DNA of 64,000 nt, from the NCBI RefSeq assembly GCF_009914755.1, contig NC_060934.1, one strand, 5' to 3'. The notes beneath the pieces were generated by a model. That model did not search any database. It saw only the letters and a list, made by a program, of their open reading frames with translations, and was not told the origin of the DNA. The translations under genes and the position numbers were made by a program. Positions 48,746 to 63,597 of the stretch are shown here, piece by piece (position 1 is the first letter of the stretch; each line of letters begins with the position of its first letter). The DNA is from the human T2T-CHM13v2.0 reference genome, Homo sapiens.

Positions 48746-49513
48746 TAGGTTTCTTTCAGAAAATTTCTTGCCTTTATCTTATGCCTCTGGTGTTTTGTCA
48801 CCTTTGTAATCAAAAATTATTTTTAAGCCCAAGTGGAATAAGAACTCTAGCCATCAGAAAAAGTGAAAATGAAATTAAGTATAAATCATTGTTTCTTCTT
48901 AAGACTTCTGTTTTTCAAGATTTTCTGACTTAATTCCGAATTCCCCAAAGCATCATATAGTTAGCAGTCTAAGAGACTTCACTAATTTTTTTGTTGTTCT
49001 CTTAACAGTACTATTTCATTAGAACTTCTGAAAGATATCTTTCTTTAAATACTTTTCTCTCAGAGTATGTCTCTAGAATGTCACTATAGGAAAGCTACGT
49101 AGTAATAGTTCACAAATAAAGGTGACATATTAAATATTCTCATTGACAGAAAAAATTATAATAGGCATGTGTGTGCTTAGTGATGTCCTTCCAAATTAAT
49201 TTTATCAGTTGTTTATCTTGGATCATAAAGAGGAAAACAGTTAAAAGTAGAGAACACTTTTAAAAGATAAATATTCATGGGCCAGCTTTCCTTTGAATTT
49301 TCATGAAAAAGTAGTTGGCTCTCTTTCTTTTTTTCTATCTTTGAAATTTATTAACACATAATAAATACAATGACCTATAAATATTATACCAAATGCCTCA
49401 GAGATTTTTATCATTCTGGCTATTAGGAAGACTGTTTAAATTTTTCTCTCAAATTGAATTAAAGGAACAAAAAAACTAGGCAATTTTTAGGCTGTGTAAC
49501 AAAGAATATTGTT

Positions 49514-49865
<352 letters not shown>

Positions 49866-52800
49866 AATATTATTACTACTTCTCAAATATGTTTTTTAAT
49901 TCTTATTTCGCTACATAGAAAAATAGAAATCTTTCATAACCTACTTCATACTTTGGAAATAAACTCTTTAATAGTACAACAAAGCAAATAAAAATGGAGT
50001 TATATGGTATTCGGGGTCCATCATTTTGCTAAGAGTGCTGGGACCAGCCTTGGGGATACAGCAGGCAGTTGCTTACATGAGAAAATTTTAGGGCAGCTGA
50101 GAAGATTTCTGTATCCCTCAGAAAAAAAGAATCTCGTCTCCAAATAACTCCTGAAATTTCAGTTAAGGAGATTCATTCCTTTAGCTATAAAGGTTCTGTT
50201 ACCTGTTAAAATACATTGTGTTCCCATTTGGACTGTAAATGACAGTAAACCTTCATCATAAATTGGGAGTTTACTGAGTCCTTTTTTGAAGGCAGAAAGA
50301 TCAAGAAGTAAGTGGGCAGTTCTTGGCAGATGGATGTGAAAATGCCAAAGGTAAAAGGCTCCACAGTTTTGCTTGGGATTGGCACTAAATGGCAAGATCT
50401 TTTATGTTAGTTACAAAGAAAAAACAATCATTGAGAAGATGGCTTTTGAGCCTTTCTAAAGGGTAGGTGAAGTAATCCAGGATCCAGCACTAATTACCAC
50501 TTTTTTCCCCTATCTCTTTATCCACAGAAACCCATTCCCGCTCTTTTGAGTATCCTTCAGAGTTCTGACTATATCCCCTTGTCTTTGGGCATGTTTATCC
50601 TCTTAATCCCATGATAAACCCATGAAATTCCAAATACTTATACATCCCGTGTCAACTTCCTCCATTATTCCCTCGACTTTCTTGTTGCTGCTTCTGTTTT
50701 TACATGTTGACTTTATTCCTGTGTCAGTTTTCTTCCCTTTTTTAAAAAAAAATTTACTCCATCAGTTTCTCATTTTCTTCTTTCAAGTTGTCTTACCAAG
50801 CCTAATACGTCAATAAAGTCTTTCTGTGTTATACTTTTCCCCATATGCTAGCTTTGAAAGGTTCTTCCATTTCTACTAACCAAAAATAGTAAGTAAATAC
50901 AGTTTTCTAATAAAGCTTTTATCTCTAAGTTTTAACTTGGTATTTGATGTTGTATTTTATATCTAGATGGATTTGACAGTCTTCCCCTGGGACATGAACT
51001 CTGTAGTTTTCTCTCTTGAATAATACTGAATATGCTGTCTGCTCAGTAATGGTAACTCTTAAAAGTATAATAAAAGACCACTTGGGAAAAGTCAATTTTC
51101 TTAATCAGCAGATCACATTTTATGATAACATTCTGAATTTAATATTTAACGTTTATCATGTACTCACATTCTTGTAGGTACTAGGCATTTCACGTAGAAG
51201 TAGTCCCTGTTTTCAAAGATCTTCCATCATAAAAGGTTTTGACTTAAAACATAAAGACAGAAGCCAGTTTTCAGTACCTAGCCACCTCTTTCTGTAACAC
51301 TTTGATTTGAAGAAATTCAGATACTTTACCAAGACATGGTAAATGCAGTGAGGTGGAAAACAAGATCAGAAGCTTATGTGAGTTCTCTTTCCTTAGAATG
51401 TAGATAGTATCATTGCATAGGAAGAAAGTCTTGGAGTGCTAGAGATTAAAAGAAGACAGGAATCTCAGGAATGGTGGGCATTGAGAAACAATAAAGTAGT
51501 TAAGAATGTGGGTGGGCTCAGGAGTCAGACTTAAAATCTTCACATTCAAAATCTATTATTTGCCTGCAAAGTGTTTGTAGAATAATATTGTACAGGGAAA
51601 TGTACCATTAATCTGGAATTCTTTCATAACGCATCTTGTTTCCCCTTTTGTTTATGCTGGTGTATCATGTTTCATTAATCCCCCTTTTTATAAGTATTAT
51701 TTTCACTTCTCTATTTCAGATTTTCTTTTCTGTATTAACACAGAAGTTAGAGCCATCTACCTTCCTGATAGGAAATTTTCTCAACTAATTTTCAGGGTAT
51801 ATAACAGGGAGAGGGCAGGGGAGAAACACTCCTGGAGACACCAAACAATTAATTATATTGTAATGGAGCTATAGAGGGAGGAGTGGATGACTGGCCCAGA
51901 GAAAACATGATTTCTCTGGTGCCAGGATTACACTCAGAGGCATTTCTGCCTCTCTCCACTTTGCAAGGCACGGTGCCAGTGAGAACAGCAGTTAGTACAC
52001 CCATAGTGGGGTTTACTAGCTTCCACACCGTGTTTGGTGGGTTCTTAACTTCCGGATGAGGAATTAAATTTTTTACCCAGCAGGAAGTGATTGCCATTTA
52101 CTGATTTTTTTTTTGTAGCAAAGATCTAGCTTGGGATACGAGTATTCCAGAGATGTGCTGTCATAAGGAAGGAGATACTAACAAATGTTGCTCACTGGAA
52201 TCAGGGAAGGCAGTTAAGTACATGTGTATGTACACAGCCAGGAACACACCTGTGAAAGTCAGTTTCATGCCTTAGACTTGATAGCAGTGCTCTTAGGCAT
52301 TTCTTTTTTTTCTTCTTCCCTAGCTGCTGCTGGACACACCTGTGATCCTTTTGTTTTCTGATGAAATGAACTGAATTGCTCCTTTCAAAGCATAGTTGCA
52401 CTGATTAGCAGCAGCCTGGGTGACTGAGCAGCCACCACACCTTACCCTGTACAAATAAAGACCTAGCAAAAGTGATCTCCATGCCAGAGGCATTGCTGCT
52501 GTCTACAATGCTGGGGACCACTGACACAGTAAAAGGGAAAAAAAAAAAAACCTATAGGGCATGTGCTAGTTCAAAGGTAATAGTTACCATTACTAACAAA
52601 ATTTCCAAAAGATGAGGCCAGTGAATCTAAGCAGTAGTCTTAATAGAGCAATAGATGAATTCTGATTGTACATATTCCATTTGTTTACTGATATTATAAT
52701 ATTCCTAAAGGCTTGGTACTCCGATGTTCTACACTGGAAATAATCATGTTTTACCCAAAAGCAAATCAGTGTTGGTCAGATTCTTTAGAGCCCAGAAGGT

Positions 52801-52932
52801 TACTCTTTGACATGGGACTCCTGAAATCAGGCTTACCTTTGCTCCTCCGCAGACAGCTATGGAGAGTATATGGAATGGTAACCGTGAAAACACTTTCAAA
52901 ATATATGAAGTTCCTTATAAATATATAATGTC

Positions 52933-53227
52933 GGCCGGGTGTGATGGCTCACGCCTGTAATCCCAGCACTTTGGGAGGCCAAGCAGGCGGGTCATTTGAG
53001 GCCAGGAGTTCAAGACCAGCCTGACCAACATGGTGAAACCCCATCTCTACTAAAATACAAAAATTAGCCAGCATGGTGGCAGATGACTGTAATCACAGCT
53101 ACTCAGGAGGCTGAGGCAGGAGAATCACTTGAACCCAGGAAGCGGAGGTTGCAGTGAGCCAACATCACACTGCTGCACTCCAGCCTGGGCAACAGAGCGA
53201 GACTCTGTCTCAAAATATATATGTATT
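52933..53227 (+). mobile_element. AluS about 50 nt upstream of exon 7
   Basis: TSD TAAATATATAATGTC. Confidence 0.94.
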
Positions 53228-53277
53228 TAAATATATAATGTCATGATTTTCACTGGGAAATATTTGTTATTTTTTAG

Positions 53278-53374
53278 GGGACAGTATTTATTCAAAAACA
53301 AACCTCCTGACGGGAATGCTCCTCCCAACTCTTTTTATAGAGCACTTTATCCTAAAATTATACAAGACATTGAG
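53278..53374 (+). CDS. BTRC: BTRC exon 7, 97 nt ([32 protein letters not shown])
   Basis: tttttAG / GTAAGA; exons 5+6+7 = 516 nt restores phase 0. Confidence 0.96.
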
Positions 53375-53500
53375 GTAAGAATCTATGTATTTTGGGGTAT
53401 TGCCCAAGGGCACAGAATTATCAGCATTCTTCAGTCACAGTATGGTTACAGCAAGCCCATTAAGGTTTATTGACATGAGTTGGGAATCAATCTCTTAGCT

Positions 53501-53783
<283 letters not shown>

Positions 53784-54334
53784 TCAATCTCTTTACAGGC
53801 GAGTAGGGTAGGTAAAATAAATTGCTAGGCAAAATTTTAAAGCTTTAAAAAATGGTTTACTAATAAGTAGATGAGAGAGTTAAAGAGATTGATCCCTTCA
53901 TACATAGCAGTGTGACTGGTAAACTTGTACTCATAAGCTCATATTTAAATATCTTCTGAATTGAACCTCCTTAGAAGTTCATCAGTAGCAATCAGTAGCA
54001 ATGGCCATCACATATGTAAGAGCACTGAGTGTATAACCTCACGTAGTTCGTAGCTTTTCTTCTCTTGATGAGTAGTCTCTTTCCACCAGATTTATTATTT
54101 AATTGAACAAATTATAGGCAGGGAAGTTCTAGGAAACAACCTTTAATTACCTTGCAAAAGGAAGAATATTTTATACATATAGATAGTAGCCTTTTAAAGA
54201 CATTTTTTAGTTTTCCCTAAGTTGTGTATATCCCATAGAGTAAAGCATTGAGCCATTGATTGTCATTAAAGCCTAAAAAGAGTTTGATTCTAGGTGTTTC
54301 CTAACACTGCCTCTTTCCCATTCCTTCTTCTCAG

Positions 54335-54472
54335 ACAATAGAATCTAATTGGAGATGTGGAAGACATAGTTTACAGAGAATTCACTGCCGAAGTGAAACA
54401 AGCAAAGGAGTTTACTGTTTACAGTATGATGATCAGAAAATAGTAAGCGGCCTTCGAGACAACACAATCAAG
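54335..54472 (+). CDS. BTRC: BTRC exon 8, 138 nt (TIESNWRCG...SGLRDNTIK), WD40-1
   Basis: ttcttctcAG / GTGAGG; manual translation open. Confidence 0.96.
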
Positions 54473-54786
54473 GTGAGGTCTATTCAGTTGTAGAAAGGTA
54501 GCAGAGGGAGCAAGAGTGACCACATTCATAGCGCAGTCTAAAGCATAAACTCTAAGCATTATTTCTAGAAAGTAAGTGAAGATTTTAGATTGTTTCCAGT
54601 CCCAAAGCCAAAATCATTTCCTTAAAGGACAGACATCAGCTTCCCCACTATACAAACGGGTAGTCCTAGGGTTAAATTCTCTTCTTGAAATGCACTGAAT
54701 GGGCTGTTACTCTTTTGGCCATCACATAATTATAGACTACCCTGTTCCTTAATGAAAAGGATAAAAGTTTGCATTAGTACTGAAGC

Positions 54787-54832
<46 letters not shown>

Positions 54833-54849
54833 CGCGCGCGCGCGCGCGC
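54787..54849. repeat. Compound microsatellite (TA)2(TG)15(CG)4(TG)2(CG)8C
   Basis: Directly visible. Confidence 0.97.
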
Positions 54850-54989
54850 TTAGCTATACCTATAGAAAATGCATTCCACACTACTCTGGGCTTTGATTAT
54901 TTTGGGGGATCAGACACGTAATAGGACCAACAAGTCTCCACAGCACCCCATCATCACATTGATCAAAAGGATCTTATTTGCCATCCTAG

Positions 54990-55108
54990 ATCTGGGATAA
55001 AAACACATTGGAATGCAAGCGAATTCTCACAGGCCATACAGGTTCAGTCCTCTGTCTCCAGTATGATGAGAGAGTGATCATAACAGGATCATCGGATTCC
55101 ACGGTCAG
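54990..55108 (+). CDS. BTRC: BTRC exon 9, 119 nt ([40 protein letters not shown]), WD40-2
   Basis: catcctAG / GTAGAA; GH...WD pattern. Confidence 0.96.
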
Positions 55109-56698
55109 GTAGAAAATTTCAAATGCTTTTTTGAACTCTGAAATATCAGCTCTGCTCTGTTCTTTGTCATAGATAGTAATTTTGTATATATCGGCACAGT
55201 TCTGAAACTAAAGAAGAATAAACCACCAGGTCCCCATCATTTCTGTCAGTCTAGAACTAGAAAACTTGATTTAGAAATGCTTGAGGTAAGTTTACATTTT
55301 CGCACATTGAAGAAACTACACATTCTATTTTAATTTGGAGGATCATCTATTACAGAAACTTTTCTTATCCTTATGGTAAACTTTGCATTCCTTACAAAAA
55401 CCACCTCACGGGGGAATGATATGAATGCAATGAAGCCTTCCTTTCAGGTAGTGGTAACTGTAGTGCAGGTCTGTATTATCTCCTTTGAAACATGTACAGG
55501 TGAGCTGTGCTCTCTTTGCCAGCCCCTCCCCTGCCATCCCTGCAGTTTTTAATTGCAAGCTTCACTCAGGTAGGGGCCCTCAATTTCCAGAGGCATTAGT
55601 GATTTGATGACACAGCCATTATACTGCTGGAGTCCAGGATAGCTTGAGTTCTGGGTACCAGCAGCACTGCTGGGAACCTCTGTTAGGAATTTTGCCGTAA
55701 GCTAAAGGATTTAGCAAACATAATGCATCAAAAGTAACTTTAAAAAAAAAATAGACCTAGGAAAAAAGCGGTTAAGTGCATTGTTAGATACTCTGAAGTT
55801 AAATGTTTACCATTCCAAGTTATCCTCTGTGAATAGAAAAGACGGTTCCTGTTTTTTGTCTTTTGACTTAAAGGCATAGCAAGGCATAGCAAACTTGGCC
55901 CTTGTAGTTACTGACATTTAACATTTATTGGTGCTTGTGGAGTGAGTGCCCCACAGAATCTAAAACACTGCAGGTGCTAACATCATTTATAAGATAAAGA
56001 AAAAATGATATTCTATAAAAGGGGGCTAAACTGGAAAAAAGGAAATAACATGTTATAAAACCTTAAGTAAATACACAAAAATAGAATAATCAAAATATAT
56101 AATCACACAAAATTCTCAAGCTATCCAAGGGCCCCACACTCTGCTGTGAAGCCCATATTTACAATGGGGGGTCTATTTTAAACCCCTACCCACTTCAGAA
56201 CACAGAAATGGGGGCTTAGAATTAGAGTCATGGTTATCTTGGCCTTTGACCTTTATGATAAAACCTGAGATCCAGGGTAATCAAACTCAAATTCACATTA
56301 CTAAGTATGTGACAGAAGCATCTTGGCCTATTTCATTTCTGGCTCCTGAGGGCTATCATTGGAATGGGCACTAATGCTATTGTTATTAATCAGATTCCTC
56401 ATTTAAAATGTATCTTACTAATGGTATCAAATTGAATGTGAGAAGTTTTACAGTCTTCAAGTCTGGGCCAAATTATTAGGTGACAGTGGCTGCCACTTCA
56501 TCCTTGCCCTCCACAACTTGCCCATATTTCAAGCAGTATGTCTTAAGGACACACTGGCAGCATCCCATCCCCTTCCTTCTCCCACTCTCCCAGTCTGGCC
56601 CTCTCTCTAAATATAAGGGGTGGAAGGGCGCATGATGGTCAAATATAGGTAACAGATTGTAGCTTGAGTACCATCTAAATCTCATCTATCACTTCCAG

Positions 56699-56948
56699 AG
56701 TGTGGGATGTAAATACAGGTGAAATGCTAAACACGTTGATTCACCATTGTGAAGCAGTTCTGCACTTGCGTTTCAATAATGGCATGATGGTGACCTGCTC
56801 CAAAGATCGTTCCATTGCTGTATGGGATATGGCCTCCCCAACTGACATTACCCTCCGGAGGGTGCTGGTCGGACACCGAGCTGCTGTCAATGTTGTAGAC
56901 TTTGATGACAAGTACATTGTTTCTGCATCTGGGGATAGAACTATAAAG
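56699..56948 (+). CDS. BTRC: BTRC exon 10, 250 nt ([10 protein letters not shown]...SGDRTIK), WD40-3/4
   Basis: acttccAG / GTAATA; ORF-track peptide 56700-57002. Confidence 0.97.
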
Positions 56949-57391
56949 GTAATAAGGCATTTTTCAGTAAGTTTCCAACTTAGAATGGGGGAATTCATAT
57001 GAAAATTTGATCAAGGGCAATTTCATATTTAAACGTTGCTACAGAAAAATGTAATATTTAATTCAGAGACTAGTCTACAAGTGAAAAGGTGTAATAAGTG
57101 AGACGTTGTGTGACAATTTATCCTAGATATTTTATTCCTATAAATAGTGGTGAGTGTGAGAAGAGACTAACCCTAGAAGAGTAAATCAATCTGAGGAATT
57201 CTCATGTGGTAACAGCCAACTGCAAATTAGCCTCTGTTACCATGAATTTAAATTGTCCTTTGTTTTATTTGTTTGAGAAGACTTCCCTCTAATGGTTCAG
57301 TCCTGTTTTCTGCTTCTCTAAGACTCCATTTGCCATAGATTTTACCAATAAAAGCACCAAATCAACTGCTCAATGCCATTTTCTTTTTCAG

Positions 57392-57510
57392 GTATGGAAC
57401 ACAAGTACTTGTGAATTTGTAAGGACCTTAAATGGACACAAACGAGGCATTGCCTGTTTGCAGTACAGGGACAGGCTGGTAGTGAGTGGCTCATCTGACA
57501 ACACTATCAG
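57392..57510 (+). CDS. BTRC: BTRC exon 11, 119 nt ([40 protein letters not shown]), WD40-5
   Basis: ttctttttcAG / GTGAGC; manual translation. Confidence 0.96.
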
Positions 57511-58580
57511 GTGAGCAGCAAGTGCCTTGTATCATAAGGGATCAATATTATGCTCCCATTCATTATTAATGCACAGATCATACAAGTCTTCAATTTTGTT
57601 ATGTTTATAATCAACTGTTTTTCCTTTCTGTAGCTTCTTACAGGTCAGAAGTTTGCCCCAGGCAGAGAAGCAGCACAGCAAAGCCTTTTGTTGCCCTTCT
57701 TTTTAAATTTCTCCTGTCTACCGTTGAAAAGTGCTAATAAACAGCTAACAGCCTTTTCTTTGCCATTGTTTTTAAGAAATGAAAAGAAAGATTTGTTTCC
57801 TTACTAGAAATTATGTAATTTTTGTCTTAGCATTACATAATTGGCCAGAGAGTTACCTGTCTTTGAAATTATGAAGATTTCACAGTTGGAAGTCCTTTTT
57901 GGGGTTTTCCCTTCACAAAGATGAATGACATAGATATGATTATAATTTGGAAGATTTATCCATCCTCTCCCTTCAGTGAAGTATTAAAAGGATGAAAAGG
58001 CCATTAAAAAAGAGCTACTGTTTGTTATATCTAAGGAAATTATTCCTAGAAATCACTTGAATTGCTCTGAAAACGTACAGTTTTTATAATTAGTACACAA
58101 AAGTTCTTGAGAACTGACTTTGCATTTCTATTCTCTGAGAAGAGCTGTCCTGGACAGTGGTGAAAGAAGTGTCTGCCGTGGCAGAGGGGGAGGTGCTTTG
58201 TGAGAACAGGACATCACTGATAATCTGTATCTCTTTCAGTTTGGTGACTTCAGGAAACTGCTTTCTTAGCTTGGTCATTTCCTTCTCAGGCAACTGCGTG
58301 CATTGAATTCGTTTTTATGCCTGGAAGAACCTGTTTACAGAATTATGTAAAGCCCTGTGCTTTGAAAATACATTTTACATTTGAACTTAAACCTACATAT
58401 TTCTGTGTGAGTTATATAGCAGAAAGGAAATAAATTACATTGAAAGCAGTACATATCTGTGTGGGTGGTGATTGATTTTATTTTATGAATTTTTAGAAGG
58501 CATATGAGGTGTATTGTTATAACATTCCAGGCTTAGAAAAGAATACGTGAAAATTCACCTGACTTAATTTTCTCTTCCAG

Positions 58581-58691
58581 ATTATGGGACATAGAATGTG
58601 GTGCATGTTTACGAGTGTTAGAAGGCCATGAGGAATTGGTGCGTTGTATTCGATTTGATAACAAGAGGATAGTCAGTGGGGCCTATGATGG
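58581..58691 (+). CDS. BTRC: BTRC exon 12, 111 nt ([37 protein letters not shown]), WD40-6
   Basis: tctcttccAG / GTGAGT; manual translation. Confidence 0.96.
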
Positions 58692-59282
58692 GTGAGTGTG
58701 CTAACAGAGTGTAAAAAAGAGAAAATCTACGTCTTAATCCTTCCTTATGTTTATGGTGTTAAACATAACCATTCCTTGTTTCTAAAAGCTTATAGATTTT
58801 ACACAAAATATCTGATACCATATTTCTTTAATCCGTGTATTTACCTCTCCTTGGTTTAGTGTCCTGAAATATTCTTCCCATTCATTTTATTATACTTGTT
58901 TGCACATGGTTGTCATTCATATTTTGGTTATTTGGTTATGTATTTGACTGTTTTGCCCTGTAAAGCAAAGAACAAGAAAAACCCAGTGTTAACAGGCTAC
59001 CCATGTAAAAGGGTAACCTGTTAACAAAACAGAAACACTAGAGGGCAGTATTTGGGGACTTAGTGTGGTAAGATCTTGAATTTTGATTTCTTGGGTTTTT
59101 TATCTCTTTGAGTAATTTTTAAGAGTACAGTTCTCTTGTCATCACTTGTCATCCTAGCATTTCATTTATGAGTTTAGTCATCTTTATTTTCTTCTAATTT
59201 CTAGTGGTTATGGAATCCATTAATTTTGTGAATGGACCCCATGTCCACCAATCCTAAACACAGAGTAAATTCAAACAAAAGT

Positions 59283-59589
<307 letters not shown>

Positions 59590-60330
59590 TCACTTAGGAA
59601 GAACTCTTATCATTTCTTTTTGTCAATCTGCCTGATTTTGGCAGCTTTTTAAATATCAGAAACTAACAACATTATTTTAGTTCATGAGTTAACTACACTG
59701 ATACATTCATTAGCCAATGCAAGCAGCAGGAAGTGTAGACTGCTCACTTCTTCTGCTTTGGGACAGCCATCACTGTTACAACCTTGGGAAATTGTTCAGA
59801 GTGTGGTGACATGTTCCAGCTTGGTCAAGACAATATTTTCTTATTGTCCTGGCTTTGATCTGTACCCACCTGTCTTGGAATTTGTCTGCTATGTACCTTG
59901 AGGAAACATGGCCTATTAAAAGATTTTTGGAAGAGCTACACTTATCTTATTTAAATCAAAAGATGAGGGCTTGCTTATATAAACTCCATTGCTCTTACAT
60001 GGACCCCAGTCCCTCAGTACATGTGACCTGGGCCACTCTTAGAAGTGCCCAGGAAGAGGATGCTTCACAGTTGTAGATTTCTAGGTCTGTGTAATATCAT
60101 TAAAAGGTCTAATGTACAAGATCTCCTCTTGATCCCAAAGTATGGTATAACTTTACTGTTAACTGTCTTCAGTTTGGTTAAAGCTAGCCTGTTTCTCATT
60201 TGTAGGTTAATCACGTACATTTGAACTATACTCACCATCCATATTTATTGCCATGAATTTCTGCTATTCTTCCCTGCCTTCTCTTACATTTGCTTTTAAC
60301 TAACATTTTTGTCCCCTTTTTGATCTTTAG

Positions 60331-60409
60331 AAAAATTAAAGTGTGGGATCTTGTGGCTGCTTTGGACCCCCGTGCTCCTGCAGGGACACTCTGTCTACGG
60401 ACCCTTGTG
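60331..60409 (+). CDS. BTRC: BTRC exon 13, 79 nt ([26 protein letters not shown])
   Basis: atctttAG / GTAAGA; ends in phase 0; remaining exons lie beyond the window. Confidence 0.96.
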
Positions 60410-60742
60410 GTAAGAGCCTTGCTGTTTAGAGAGCATTGGAGAGCAGGTGGGGGAAGAAATTAAACGTTGATGTGCTGTGGAATATGGATTTGAATTTAAT
60501 AGTTACAACCTCACAAAACCTACAACTAAGTGGTAAGGCAACCAGTACATGACAATAAAATATGTTTATATAATTCCTTTCATCCAAAAATGCTTTAGAG
60601 ACTATATATGGAGAGAAATGTGGCAGCTGTTTAACAGCTGCACAGCAACTCTACACAACAGTTTAGTGCAGGGAGTGAATAAGAATTCTGTATCCACCAG
60701 AAACAGCAGGGGGTACTAAGGGAGAGAGAATATAATTATTCA

Positions 60743-61101
<359 letters not shown>

Positions 61102-62699
61102 ACTGCCCTGGGAATCTGCATGAATCCCCCTGGTCAACCCCTTAGTTCTGCAGCCTATTCATGAGGTAGTGCCTCCAGCAACTTGAGCCCATCTTTTTTG
61201 TTCCCCATATACCCCCTTTTGACATTTGGGGAAAAAAGTGATTCAAAAGGAGGAATGCACTAAATTATTTATCATGTTGTTAGCCAAGGGCCCAGATTGA
61301 TAAATGCTGCTTCCATTAGAAAATTAGTTGGAGCAACAGGGTGGACAGACACCACTCGGAGAAAAGATGAGAGCAAGCATTTGAAGCCCAGTGTTCTAAA
61401 TCCTGACTGTCATCATTTAGGCATTCTTGGCTCTGGAGAAGAGAAAGAGGTTACATTTCTTGTCTTCCTTGTTGGATTTATGTGTGTATGTATAAGACAG
61501 GGTCTTCCTCTGTCACCCAGGCTATAGTGAAGTGGCACTACATGTTGCTGATGTATATCAATATTTCATTTCTTTTGAAAATTTGCTGAGTAGTATTCTA
61601 TTGTATGGTTATACCCATTCACTGATTGTTTCTCGTTTTTGGCTATTAACAAAGTTTCTATAAACATTTATGTAGAAGTCTTGGGATGAATGTATGCTTT
61701 TTGCTTTTATTTCTCTGAGGTAAATACCTAGGAGCAGATGACTAGGTCATATGGTAAGTGTATGTTTAAAATTTTTAGAAACTGCCAAACTGTTTTTCAA
61801 AGTGGTTTACCCTTTTACATTATAGTATATAGCAGTGTATGAGAGTTCCAGTTACTCCACATTCTTGCCAGTACTGAGCACAGTCTGTAATTTAGTCATT
61901 CTCATTGTGGTTTAATTCGTGTATCTCTAATGATTAATAATGTCAAGCATCTATTCTTTGCCATCTGTATATCTCCTTTGGTGAAGTGTGTTCAAATCTT
62001 TTCCCATTTTTTAATTGAGTGGTTATTGAGTTTTGAGATTCTTTTATATATTATAAGTTACAAATGCATTATCAGATGTAATTCACAAGTATTTTCTCCA
62101 CGTTCATAAAATTTGTTTCTTTGTTTTCTTAAAAGTGTCTTTCAAAAAGCGGTTCTTAATTTTAAGTCTACTGCATTGACTTTTTCTATTATGGCCTATG
62201 TTACTTGCTGTTGTATCTCAGAAAAACCTTTGACTAATCCAGAGTCACAAGGATTTTTCCCTGTGTTTTCTTCTCTAAGTTTTATAATTTTCAGTTTGTA
62301 TTTTGGTCTATGATCCATTTTGAGTTAATCTTTGCATATGGTACAAGGTGTAGATCAAAGGGTTGGGCTTTTTTACACATGAATATCCAGTTGTTCCAGC
62401 ACCATTTATTCAAAAGACTGTCCTTTCGAAATGCTTTTGCAGCTTTATCAAAAATGAATTGACCATATATGTGTGAGTCTTCTTTGGGAATCTGTTCTGT
62501 TCCATTGATTTTTGTCTGTCTTGATTCCAGTATAATTTTATTTTGATTACTGCAGCTTTTTACCAACTCTTGAAGTCAAGTAATGTGAGTCCTTCAGCTT
62601 TGTCTTTTTCAAAGTTTTTTGGGGCCTTTGATTTTTCATGTTAATTTTAAAATCAGTTTGCCAAGTTCAACCAAAAAAGTCTGCTGGGAATGTTTTTTA

Positions 62700-62830
62700 A
62701 TTTTTTAATAAATAAATAGGTATGGGGTCTCAGTGTGTTGCCCAGACTGGTCTCAAACTCCTGGCCTCAAATAGTACTCCTACCTCAGACATCCAAAGTG
62801 CTTGGATTATAGGCCTGAGCCACTCCATCT
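62700..62830 (-). mobile_element. FLAM / Alu left monomer
   Basis: GGGGTCTC...GTTGCCCAGACTGGTCTCAAACTCCTGG. Confidence 0.8.
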
Positions 62831-63276
62831 GCTGGGTTTTTTGTTGGACTTGTGTTGACTGTAGATCAGTTTGGAGAATATTGACTTCTGAACAATATTG
62901 AGTCTTTATCTCTCCATTTGTTTAGGTCTTTTTAACTTTCTCAGCCACGTTGTAGCTTTTAGTATAAAGGTTTTGCACATCTTTTTGTCACAGTTATCCC
63001 TAAATATTTTGTATTTTTAATGCTATTGGAAAAGGTATTTTTAAACCTTGGTTTCTGATTGTTCATTGCAAATACATAGAAATATACTTTTACTTATTTC
63101 CCAATCTATGTATCTTTTATTTCTCTCTCCCTCTTTTTTTTTTTTCTTAATTGCACTGGCTAAGACCTCCAGTACAATGTTAAAAACAACTGGTAAGAGT
63201 GAATGTCCCTTTTTTGTTCATGATCTTAGGCGAAAGGCATTCAGTCTTTCACCGTTTCACATATGTGTATATATAG

Positions 63277-63597
<321 letters not shown>

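Noticed and set aside
56727-56998. Two antisense ORFs over exon 10
   Set aside because: Short shadow ORFs of a coding exon with no promoter or homology evidence
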